Origin: Trichoplax adhaerens
Taxonomy: Eukaryota > Animalia > Placozoa
Length of the DNA stretch: 64,000 nucleotides
Reading direction: 5' to 3'
NCBI RefSeq assembly: GCF_000150275.1
Contig: NW_002060943.1
Coordinates: 7,122,299-7,186,298 of the forward strand
Under the pieces are notes generated by a model. It searched no databases, was not told the origin of the DNA, and worked only from the letters and a program-made list of their open reading frames with translations. The position numbers and the translations under genes are program-made. This document shows, one piece after another, positions 47,590-60,153 of this stretch; the first letter of the stretch is position 1, and each line of letters starts with the position of its first letter.

Positions 47590-49071
47590 TCTACAAATTC
47601 GACAACCCGTAATATTGAATATATTCAATATTCATATGGCGATTTCAGTATACTGAATGTAATCAACTAGTCTTTCTATATTTACCTTGTATAAACTGGA
47701 TTCTTATTAAATTTAGCACTGTATTACTAAGTGTGCGAACAAGTTAACATTTTCCATGATTCTTTAGTGTATAAACGGCTTGCTATACTGTAAATATCAT
47801 TCTAGGATACTATTTGATTCTTTCGTCGCTAAGTCAGGATATATTTGCCCAAATATATCGAATTCACATAACATAACTTGTGATTATATATAGAAGTCTT
47901 AATTATTTACTATTTAGTTGCCATTATTGTTTACTGTGATAACAATTATTGGTATAGTCTTGTGCAAGTAAGTCAATTAAGATATTCGCTAATACTGACT
48001 GTTACATGAGATTGACTCACGCGAAATGCCAAGGTTAGGTCTATGAATCCCTTCACAAAGGGGATAATAACTTCATAATGTACAATAAAATTCTGTTTAG
48101 GAAACTTTAGTGTCTACTTGGATATCTAATAGCCATCGATATTTAAAAATAAAGTCAAACTTACGCATCTAACAGAAAAAAAGTGAGAATAGCCGTATAA
48201 ATTTGCAAATTGCTAGGCCGATATTAAACCATGCGATAAATTATATTAAAATAGTGATTATCATGGTCATAGTTATATTTATCCTGCTGTTTCTACCACA
48301 GCTAGTATAAGCTAAAAGTCTGCTATTGAATCCCGCATTGCTGATTTCATTAATCTACACAAAATATTTCAATCAGTCTTTACTTCATCTCAAAGAAACA
48401 AATTCGTATTTTAAAATTTAAATTGAATTACGGTATCGTTAATTTATTTTTTTCTAAGCATTTACTACCCTAGGTAGCCTCCGCAATATGTAAAATTTCG
48501 AATTATTGTTAAATCGTAGAATGGAACTTTCTCGATCTTCTAATAATACTATAATTTCTATAAAAATTCTATACAGCATTATGCGCTAGGCTGTATGTGG
48601 CAATGCATGCATCATCACTAAAGTCTGGAAACATAAAAATTATTTTGTTTATGATCTGTACTATAGCAGACAATTAATCGTACGCTAATTGAGTGCTTTA
48701 TTTCTCAGCCTGTCCGTCATTTCTTGGGTAAAAATCTATAGCGGCTTTGTATAAATAAGTTTAGAAATTCGAGCCTATGATACAGAGCTAACAAAAGCGT
48801 TCTAGAACCAGTAAACTGTAGGTCAGATGTATATATATCGATATAATACGGGTATGCTATACATCTTATAGCTGACCGATAACTATTACAAAGTTAAGTT
48901 CATCCATAACTATAAAAGTAGACAATATATAACAGTATTTCTGATACACATACTAAAGTATGAATCCTGGTCTATTGTATAGGAGCGTTCTCCGGGCTCT
49001 TGATGCTATAGACCAGACGCCAAGTAAGGGTTCAGGTATAGTATATACTATGTCATCAGGTAACTGTGTAC

Positions 49072-49084
49072 GTTGCTAAGCAAC
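49072..49084. promoter_or_regulatory. RFX X-box GTTGCTAAGCAAC upstream of DNAAF1
   Basis: Near-consensus palindromic X-box ~265 bp before ATG 49349. A likely 5'UTR intron follows (donor ~49088, acceptor ttgcag 49333). Confidence 0.75.
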
Positions 49085-49348
49085 AAGGTAGTTACATGGA
49101 TAAAAATAATAATAGCATCGTTAATTAGCATAATATAGATAAAATTAAGTAGACTATATGTAATCGATTCTACGTTGAAAGCTCTATCTGATTTGTTTAT
49201 TTCCTATCGCGAATTACTAATATATACAGTGCAAGAACTCAAAATAGTATACCAGCAAGATTTTATTGCTCGTGTTACGGCAAAATTGTTAAATATTTAA
49301 ATCCGATTTTAGAGACTACTTTAACTGTTGCAGACGTATTAGTTAAGC

Positions 49349-52300
49349 ATGACAGAAGTACAAGATAATCCAAGTAGTGAATCATCGAATGCTGAGAAGA
49401 ATAAGCAGCAAACCGAAAAATCAATGGCCAATTCAGCATCACCTTCTAGTTCTAGCAATAAGACTATTAAAGATGACTTTCCAAGGTATGGTATATTAAT
49501 ACTTGCTATGCAAGTCATGATACAATTGTAGTTAAGTAGGTTATGCATACTAATTATTCTTTACTACGGGCAAAAGTATACATTTAAATAACTAGTGTGA
49601 GATTTACCCAGGCATTAGATCTGATGTTGTACTGTGATCTTAAAATATTATTCAAGAATGACTCCAAAGCGATTAAAGGAGATTTGTAAAGAGCTCAAAC
49701 TATATACAACTCCAGAATTGAATGATGTGCTCTATCTTCATTTTAAAGGTAAATTATTAAAGTTTCAACGTACACACATCAATTGATAACTTTTTGAAAT
49801 CATTAAGATATAATATAAAAATAAAATACTTTGCATGATCACGTTAAGTGTACTTGGGCAACGCTTGCTGCATAATATTAAGAGTTGATTTACTTATCCA
49901 AGGTTTCGGTAAGATTGAAAATTTGGAGCGTTACACAGGCTTAAAAGCTCTCTGGTTAGAATCCAACGGAATTTCCAAGATTGAAAATCTTGACTGCCAA
50001 ACTGAATTACGCTGCTTGTGAGAATATTTCTAGCTATAAAATATGCTCAGGCTACATGCTCATACAGTATATCGTATATGCTTTCTGCTAATTTTTAATT
50101 TAATTGCCGATTTACTAGATATTTGCAGCAGAATCTACTCACTCAACTGGAAAACTTAAGCCCACTGGTAAATTTGGATACTCTGAATGTCTGTAACAAT
50201 TGCATCAGCAAAATTGAAAATATCTGTAAGTTCGAGTCTACATGCAGATATTAAATATTGCATTATTACATTATTGATCATCAGTACATTACAATACTCT
50301 ACCTAAATCTCTCTTAGATCATATAGCTAAATACATAAAATTTTTTGCTGTATATCCGTTAAATTCAGTCCAAAAGTTTTTAATTTGAGTGAAAGCGTTA
50401 AAACACTTAAAATTCGCAATCTTTCTTTATAGCATGTCTACCAGTACTATCAACCTTGCAAATTAGTCACAATAGATTAGAGGATGCTGACAGTCTTCGT
50501 GAACTAAGTCAATGTGAAAAGCTAAGGTAAACCTCTAAAGTCTGTATAAGCTATTTTAAAAGTTATTGGTATTGACGAGCATCCGAGATCAAGAAACTAA
50601 AATACAATTTTCACAATAGCGTCGCTGATCTATCTCATAATCGCATTAATGATCCAGACATCGTTAGTGTATTAGAGCAAATGCCAAGCTTGGTAAGATT
50701 TCTTGTGTTATCCCTTTAAAATTCATTTTTGAATTTACTATACTCACAATCTACAATGTAATAATCAGTTAAAGGAAGAAAAACTAAATTATTGATTTTA
50801 GAGAGTACTTAATCTTATGGGCAATCCTGTCATCAGAAAAATTCAAAACTATAGAAAGACCATGATTGTTAGATTGGTAATTCTATTGGTCTCTATATAT
50901 ATATTGAAATTGTTAATAGATATTATTCTAACATTAACCTATTTTCAAATTGCTATTCAAGAAACAATTAACCTATTTGGATGATAGACCAGTATTTCCT
51001 CGGGATAGAGCTTTAGCAGAAGCATGGTAAATTAAACATATTTTTTGATTGTAGCTTAAATAAGATAGGATCTCGAAATGAATAACGTACGAATAGAAAC
51101 GTGAACTTGCAAGTAAACTGTAAGACTCTGTTCTTTATATTGAGTCATAATTAACCTAGATAAATTGGTTTTGCTTAGGGCAAGAGGTGGTCGAGAGGAA
51201 GAAATGAAAGAAAGAGAATTGTGGCAGACCAGGGAACAGAAACGAATCATGGATAGTGTTAACGGTTAGTTTTTAAAATACGAAAACAATTATCCAATCA
51301 TCAGTTAGTAGCACTGTTATTTTAAATACATTAATTATTAATTAATCTCTATGTACGTAGCGTTAGCTGATATTAAGCAGAAAAGTTTATCAAAAAAGCA
51401 AGAAAAAGAGGAAAATCAATCGACAGACAAAACTGAAGAACCTAGCAAGCAGATTATAGATTTACAAGAAAAGATAGAGAAGAAATCGACTTTGAATATT
51501 AGAGAAGAAGAAGATACCCAATTAAGTGATGATGAAGAAGATATTATTGAAGTTAAGATTGGTCATAACAAACGGCAAGAAGAAGCAGAATCTATCTTTT
51601 CATCTCAACCGACAAGAAAACCAATAATATCGGAAATGGATTTAGGTATGATCTATTGTAATTGTTAAGTTATAAAATTATCTCATAAAATACGCGTATT
51701 ATAATCTCATGTATCTTTGTGTCTATGAAATAGAAAATCCACCTCGGATACAAGAAATCAAAGGCAATACTGCTTTTGTTACAGAATTACCAGGTAAAAT
51801 GAAATCTAATTAAATTTTCCTAGATAGTCACATCGTTATTTATGTCATACGGGTAGCAATTAGGACTACAACATTATACGGAGTCGACTCAAAATTTATT
51901 TAGTAGCAAGCAATGTTGCGACCCTATGTTAATCAATAAAATTATGCCATAATGGATTAAATTGCATAATTTGGATAGTCCACATATACTGTTATTATAA
52001 TTGGTTTAATAGCCTAGTCAATTTTTGTCGACATACTGTAGTATTGAATATGATCAGAATATATTTTTACTGATGATAAAGGATAACGATGATAATATTT
52101 AATCAAAAATCAATAGCAGATATAATTTCTAAATGTTAATAGTTTCCAGCTATTCTTTGAGTTATACAAGGCAATAATAATTGATTACAACTATATTATA
52201 TAATTTGTCTTCGAAGCCGTATCTGAAAATGATATAGAAATAGTTTTGCCGATGATCGAATATAATCAATGACAAATTATGAGAAACATAATTACGATAC

Positions 52301-53457
52301 ATATAACTAATTTTATAATACAGATTTAGTTATTTACGTATGGTACGACTTAAATTATCTGTATATAAGTAAGATATTTAATCCTGTAGTTAAAGGTTTA
52401 GACACTCAAATGGTACTTTCAGAAAGTGAATTAGCTAAAATTATATCGTTTATGAACTAACTGTATAATTCATGAGTTCAGGTTTTAAAATATCTTGAGT
52501 TATTATCGATTTCAATATCATCATTCCGTTAATATTCTTTCACGTTATCAATGTTGTATTTTCCTTGGAAAAGTATAGGATTCCAAAAACTAATTTTAAT
52601 TTCAATCTTAATATGCAATAGATGAAGAATCCATCGAAACAATCATACTGGATGATAAGGTTCCATTCTATTTGAATTTGATACCGCAATAAATATCAGA
52701 ATGCTTTTACTATCTTATATGCGCCATTTGAATAATTAAAATTATCTATGAATAGAACTATATACCAATAATTACATATTTTAATCATAATTTAGAATGT
52801 ACCAGAATTAGAGGACGTTGACTTTAATGACGTAGAAGCAAAAATATTAGATTTAAAAATAGATCAAGGCAGTAAGGTAATCAATAATTCGGAATGCCTG
52901 CTCTAGATACGATTTTGAAATATAAATTAATGCCACAAAAATGAATAAGATGCGATAAAGTTAAATTTTAAATTCAACATAGATTTATAATATATCAGTC
53001 AAAGTTTGATTTATCTTTTACTTATTTAGGCAACTAGACCCTTGATAGAAGTATTAGACAATGATTCTCTAGAGGTAAGTTTTAAACTTAAAATGAAATC
53101 GTAATCCTAGCAGTATTTCAAAATTTATAATAAGGTATCCAGTTTTGATAAGTAGAGATTTTTCTCTCTTAAAGCTTAATGAAATTGTTATTTTCATGTT
53201 TGATTAATTAATCGATCGGTTGTTTAGAATAGTTACTATCATAAAGAGTCGATCCTAAATAACATGTAACATATTGATTATGATAGAATGAAAACACTCC
53301 ATTACCGACGTCATCAGAAAAAGAAATAACAGCTACTGATAGTCGAATTCAAGACGTAGCTGCAACTGTGGGATCAACTTTGGAAGATCACTCTTCAAAT
53401 GATTTATTAAAAGAAATGCAAAAGAAATACTATAGACATTTAGAGGAGTTGGATTAA
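49349..53457 (+). CDS. DNAAF1: Dynein axonemal assembly factor 1 (LRRC50/ODA7), LRR protein
   Basis: Spliced: [63 protein letters not shown]...[49 protein letters not shown]. The acidic tail ends HLEELD* at 53457. Confidence 0.93.
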
Positions 53458-54877
53458 TATCTGGTGATTTACAAAGATGTTCACCTGATTAAGTTTAAAA
53501 TAGATATTACCTCTGATCTTGAGGTATTATAAATATTGATATTACATTAATAGGTAGCTTAAACTTATGAAGTGTAGATTGAATAGCTAATGATGACACA
53601 GGGATGCTATAATTCTAAATCACCCGGAATAATCATCCTAGGCTAGATTTTTCTAGCACGATTATACATCATTCCTATCCAGAAGTACTTTGATAGTAAC
53701 TCTAGTCAGGTACAATAAATTTGATATTTATCAAACATGTCGAATACATTGTCCGCTATTAGGAATTGGCTACAACCTTGCTAAACATTTGGTGAATCAT
53801 TTATCGATAGGCTAATTAAGAAGATAAATGAATAGATAAATATCTATAATCTAGCGTAAGACTGTAAGATTAGTTTATTCTATTTATTTGTTGGCAATAA
53901 AGTTCTATTTGTTTTCATTAACGCTACGGTAACTCATTATAAAGTCTGTACAGGGATCTTTATGTAAAAAATCCTTTACCTAAACTATTATAGTTTTAGT
54001 TCATTTGTATGCAGAATGCATTGGATTGATACTAAATTTCAGTTAGGCAGAAAAGATTCTATTCAATTAGGATCTGCTACGACTGCAATGTATATTTTAT
54101 ATTTGAGCCAAGCAAATTAATCGATACAATAGAGTGGGTCCGTTAACCTCAGTAGCAGGAGTATTGTCCTCTAAGATCGGAGTAGGATTCATTTAAAATG
54201 CTAAAATAGTTTACATAAAGGCTTATAGGATAGATATATAGGTCTATGCAAGCTTATTGACAGTTATTTCATATCAGTATTTACTCGGTGTACCTTTCAA
54301 GAGAGTGCCTCAATATCTATGCTTTTTTCAAACAGTTTCAGCTCAATTGCATCAGAAATACAATTTAATTCTACTTTTATTTTAAGAGTTACACTTATAT
54401 TTGCATGATGTAGTCTCTTGAAAGACTGGAAACTAGATACGTATGAAAAATTAGTTCTTGCTACTCAAAACACACAAAGAAGAGCAACAGCAGCGTTTGT
54501 ATTATGGGTTGCTAAAATTTAGGTAAAATTAGATAAGTTATCCCTTTAGGATTCAGTTATAGCTTACAAAATATATTTAATAAAATGTTTTATGTTTTAA
54601 ATAGATTTTTAATCTACTAAGCGATTTAATGAGTCTACAGTTTAAAAGTTTCATACTAGACATAAAAAGTTCTAGTTTGTATTCACAACGACACTTATTT
54701 CGCCAAATAAAATTAAAGATTTGGAAATTGCCAATTCTAATTGCTGATCGTACGTGAATGCAAATTAGATTATGGCGTATATAAGTAAGCAAAAATATTG
54801 TCCTTTTCTCCATCAAAGTTTTGGCGTACCTAAGGTATTTAAATTGGAAGGTATTAATCATTTCTGCAAATCTAACA

Positions 54878-57800
54878 CTATCTAAAGATCGATGTATGTT
54901 TTACATATTTAGCCCTAACCTTGCAGTTAGCCGTCTTAGCCATACCGCTCACTCGCTTTACAAATTCTTCGTGTTGCTCCTTCTTTAACTCAAGAATATA
55001 TCTAGTGGATTAGCGAATAGAAAACTTTCTTATAATTTACGGAATTTAGTAACTGATATCATAGGAATCGAAAATGCAAGATCTAACGATAAGACTGGTT
55101 GTGATACGGATTTTTGGCTCAAGCTATGTTCACAAACTGATACATGCAATACTGGAATAATACTGTAAAAGCCCAATGTAGAGTGTATCGTATATTATAA
55201 CTAATGCAATCAACTTTTCTCGGGTAATATAATACTGTATTCATCAGTCTCATTAAAATTCGATTTTAGTGAGCGATCAGAAAGCTAAGAAAATGTATTT
55301 CAAACAACTTTATACATTGCAAAGAAGTAATGGATATTGTGTTATACAGTCAACTAGATACATCACTTTTATTAGTGAAATAGAGAAATAAACGTGTAAG
55401 CGATTTAGTTTATCCTTATATGAAATCCTTTGCAAACTATAGTCAATGTCCGTCCACATATATCGTTAGCCTGATAACTTGATAATCTATTATTATTATT
55501 ATATATAGCACTAATGATAAATTTACTGATAAATTTTATGGATTTTATTTAATTTAATGATAGTACTTGCATTTTTATGAGCATTAAAACGGTTAGAAGC
55601 AATCGATAAATAATCATGACTGCAATGTTAATAATGGTTAAATAAATAAATGTAAGGTCATATCTATCTTTCGGAAATGATTGGTGGATATAATCTTGGA
55701 CTTACTTTGCACTTTCACACACAATCAACGATCCATGAGCTAAAATTGGTTGGATATCAGGCTTAAATAGGTGTACCATACTACATGAATTAATGTGTAA
55801 CATTATTGAAACCCCACCAAATTTTTGTTGCTATAATTAGATCAACAGAACTTAACCGAAATGCTTGAATAACTAACCTGTTTGAGAAATAAACTATGTT
55901 GAATAGTTTATTATATTTACTTTTCTTGGGCAAGACTGGAAGTGAGTTAAGAGGTAAGAAATAGATCTTGAAATTTTGCAAGCCTAATGAGAAAAATACA
56001 TATATTTATCAAAAAGGCTTTAATTATTAACTGAGTAAGAAAGTAATGATACTTTCATTAATTCACTTTTTATCCTACAATTACTGACTAAAGTTATGAA
56101 AGGAAAGATACCGTCTAGATATTATTTGATTACCTTTAAATAAAGCTTGATTGGATTCTTCCGTGCTAGCAGATATTGTTTGATCACTGTCTTCTTCATC
56201 TTCATTTACTTCTTGAATTTTTCCTAGTTGATCACTTTCATTTTCTGTCTCTGATTTATCTTTAGGCAGTTGATATTTCGTGCCATAAGCAATTTCGTGC
56301 ATGTACGCCATTATATTATACTGAGTAATATCTTGGGAAGTCTGATAGATTATATTATAAAAGAATATAGTTTTACTGCTGTTCTCTTTTGAAAGTTAGT
56401 TAAAGCAATATCTTGTAACGACTAGATTATTCGGAATGAATTATTTAGTAATCCTGTATATAAAATGAAGTTTCATAACATGGCTGTGAGATCTTTTCAT
56501 CTTATCATATGCAATTACCTTCAGATACATATCGTTTGTTTTTTTGAAGAAGCTTTCTTCTTCGCACTCAATCCCAAATGCAATATAAGGGCTATTAACA
56601 ATATCTCCCCAATATCCTCTTACATAATGCTTTTGCCCTTCCTATATTTTGTAGAATTTAAGTTGATATTTATTAAGCTGCATGGCTACGATATTAGTCG
56701 CGGGGAAAGTAGTTATTCATATTGATGTAAAAGTTTTACCCGTTTCATGATTTCTCCTGATGCCAATGATTTATTTGCTATGTTATAATTCGCTTCTCGA
56801 ATATCAAATGCTATACCATTCTCTCTCCAGTTAGAATATTCTCGTGAATTAATGATATTAGCCTTTGAATGTAATTTCATATTGTAATCCCAGTCGTAAA
56901 CGTTTTGTCTAGAGTCATAACGAGCACCAAGATGTTTTCGTAATCTATGATCCCTATTATAATTATGAATACATAATGATAATTTATACTTTATGATATC
57001 ATGTTACTGCATGTACACAATATTGAAGGTGTTGAGCATTTGTTGGCATAACATTTATTGAACATGATATTACTAACCACATTTCAGTAACTTCGAACAG
57101 CTTCGGATTTTTCTGCCTCCAAAATTTAAATATAGCTTCTAGCTGATCCCTTTCAGCAAACTGATTTTAAAATTAAAATGAGATGACACAACTATATCAT
57201 AATACTTTATATTTGAAAATATTAAATGACTACATTAAAAATTACTTTCAAATTTGATAAGTCTAAGAAGCCAAGGCATTGATTGAGATAATTAAAATTC
57301 GTAACCATCCTAAGATGATGTCAATCATATATATTATGAGAAGCTTTTAATGTAGGTTTATGCGTTTTACTACAGTATCATTGTAATCAATATGCAACTG
57401 TATTATAACACAAACTTGATGAAATCATCGGCTTTTCGACACAAGTATTCTTCTGTTTGACTTCTAATTAAAGTATTACCAAATATTTCAAGAAATAATT
57501 CGGTCTTTTCTATAAGTATAATTAATATAGTGTCAGATTTGTATCTAAACTAATATCCATTGATACAAACAATACTTGGTATGGGATATTTGAGCATACC
57601 TTGCAAGCCGATTGTTTCGGGTGCTTCATAAATGAGAGCTAGCAGTAGCATTTGCCTTGCTAGTATCTCTAAATTATTCTCTACAACATAGATCTAATTC
57701 ATAAAAAACGATCGATTCTATTATAAATTGATTGTAATTAATTTTAAGCATTTTTTATTAAGATAGAAAGATATAAACTAAGGTACGTTTATTTTTCGAT

Positions 57801-58638
57801 TTGGCCACCGATAGCTGTGAGCAATAGTTTTGATGATATGTCGAGGATCTCCTGCACCAATTAGAAGCACATTTACGGTATCCGCATTTGATTCTATTTG
57901 TAGAAGACAATATAGCACCTTCTGATCATCATTTTACTCCTGATTTACCAAGCTAGGTGGCCTTTTATGATATCATACAAAATGAATGTAGAATCTATTT
58001 GGAATCTAGAAAAATTTTTTACCTGAGCCGGTAGAACTATCATTGGCAATATTAAAGTGTTCTATTTGAGCGTTGAATGCTGCAGTAAATGTTAATTGTT
58101 AGCTATTCTAGCTTTGATATTGCTTATGATAGCAAGTCAAATATACAGTGTTGTTAAAATAAACTATTTATCAGCTATTCCAGAAATAAATTATATTGTT
58201 ACCAATGCATTGTAAAATCAATATCTGGAAATTTTATAATTTAGATAGCTGCTATACGAGTTATTCGAATAATTTACTTTATCAGTTGTTGAGTTAATTA
58301 CTATGATTAAATTTAAGAAAAGCTATACTTAAAATATCCGGAGGCTATACAGCATCAAATACAGCAAAAAGTTATGATCTGTTTTAATATTAAAAGTGTT
58401 TAATTAATACAGTACTATAGATTTTTGCACGTCGTAGAATTAATTGCTAAAATGAAGTACGCGTATTGAATACTGAATACCCTTTTTGCATATAAGAATT
58501 ATTTCGCTGGTCAAATTCGATGTATTCGTATTGTAACATACGTGCACAAATATTCAAACTAGGATACTAACCAATGGCTTGAAAGTCGATAGCTGGGCTA
58601 AATCCCCACCAAGTTATCCGCCCGAATGAATCGAGCAT
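54878..58638 (-). CDS. DNAAF3: Dynein axonemal assembly factor 3 (PF22/C19orf51); 3' end uncertain
   Basis: ATG 58638: MLDSFGRITWWGFSPAIDFQ. Further segments VNVLLIGAGDPRHIIKTIA, YVVENNLEILARQMLLL, GLQEKTELFLEIFGNTLIR, RLRKHLGARYDSRQNVYDWDY, GDIVNSPYIAFG and VCESAKYILELKKEQ. The end shown assumes no further exon. Confidence 0.9.
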
Positions 58639-59087
58639 GATCTTGCTACTCGAGTATTATAGCTACTGGATTCGTGTGTTCAAAACAAACCATGGATAAA
58701 TAACATATATGTACAGTATACTGTATGATCGAATTTTCAATTGACTGTATTAATTAAGTTTACCTTAGAATTTCAACAAGCGTCTAAATGATCTATGATG
58801 CATATGCAGAGTTGAATATTTATACTGGTCGAGTGTTAAGTATGCTGTTTAAGGTTATCCGGGTAATACAAGACCACATATGTTTACGTGCAAGGTAAAT
58901 AATGAAATCAACGTTTATTTTGACCAAAAAATGACTTCCAATGGGCAGCTATCAAAATAATAGAATAACTGTACAGAGCTATATGTTCTTCTAAGTATTC
59001 TTGGTTCAATTAATCGTATATTAACTCTGTAGCTAACCAGCAGTGGCAATTCTAGCGTATTCGATGATGGTTTCCGTGGAAATCAAT

Positions 59088-59099
59088 CGCGCATGCGCA
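59088..59099. promoter_or_regulatory. NRF1-type palindrome CGCGCATGCGCA in the DNAAF3/NDUFV3 divergent promoter
   Basis: Exact match to YGCGCATGCGCR, ~150 bp upstream of a respiratory-chain subunit ATG. Confidence 0.7.
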
Positions 59100-59249
59100 A
59101 CTCGGATCTTGCATAGTTTGCTTACAGTGGTGAACTGTATAGGTACCGCTCAATCAGAAGAGAATACTATATAACACTGTATGAACAGAGAATTAGATTT
59201 CTGGTGGATATAGCGTAGCTTGCCATCATTCTCAGCTTCAGTCTAGAAA

Positions 59250-60153
59250 ATGGCGTCGTTGGCCAGAGGATGCCTAGTTAGGGTAATGAAGCATTAATTA
59301 AAACTCGTTAGACTCATTAAATTAACTTTTATGAAGGAGGATAATCGGATTGCACTTGATTGATACCTCTGTAGACAGAATGATGATTAGTAATTCGTAA
59401 TACGAGTATTATTTGCCGCACTTCTTCATAACTCAGGTATGTTCCAGAAGTTCTTCCTATCATCTATTGCAATGTGTCAGGCAAAGTTCTTCCGCTTATT
59501 CTGGTAAGTAATAATCGCGCATTTACTGTCTTATATGGTTATTCAATGCATAATAGGATCTGTCAATATCAGTCTGAAAGATTCAGGTTGATACTAGAAG
59601 AGATTGAAGATTTACAATTATACGCGTAGAGTTGCAGTTCAGCAGCTCGGAGACGCATCGAATTTTTACCCCCAAAATTTTTACCAAATTCTCGGTTAGA
59701 CAATTTTTTCCTGATGATTATATCCACTAACTGCAATTTACTGCGTTTGGTAATGTTTCCCATTATCATCGGAAAAGTTATAACTAGCTGAGAGTTGGTA
59801 GCACGGTAGTCGATTCTGAGGCTCATCTGCTGTCCCTGTTAAATTACCAGCATTATTTATTTGATCGATCAATTGATTACAGTATAGTAGTGAATAATTA
59901 TTTATTGTACTGTATAACTACCTGTGGATATTACAACTAGCTCGCTGTAATTAATATTATGCTTGTGTATGTGATATTGTATATCATGGCTTTAGATATC
60001 CATATGCCTAGTCCTGATACCAAAATTAAGGACGCCACATACGAATCTAAAGACTACTTCGCACATGGCGAATACACTTACTATGATGAGGAATTTGAAA
60101 TTAATAAACGTCGATTGCCACAGCCAAGCTCTATTACCAAAGAAGAGTCATAA
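59250..60153 (+). CDS. NDUFV3: NADH dehydrogenase (complex I) flavoprotein 3 / 10-kDa subunit, 3 exons
   Basis: Exons 59250-59282 (MASLARGCLVR), 59437-59503 (R/S-rich transit-peptide-like) and 59996-60153 (DATYESKDYFAHGEYTYYDEEFEINKRRLPQPSS). The Y-T-[YF]-x-D...R-[LM]-PQPSS C-terminal motif is characteristic of NDUFV3. Confidence 0.8.

Noticed and set aside
59569-59826. 85-aa minus-strand ORF in NDUFV3 intron 2
   Set aside because: No recognisable motif, and its length is within chance expectation.
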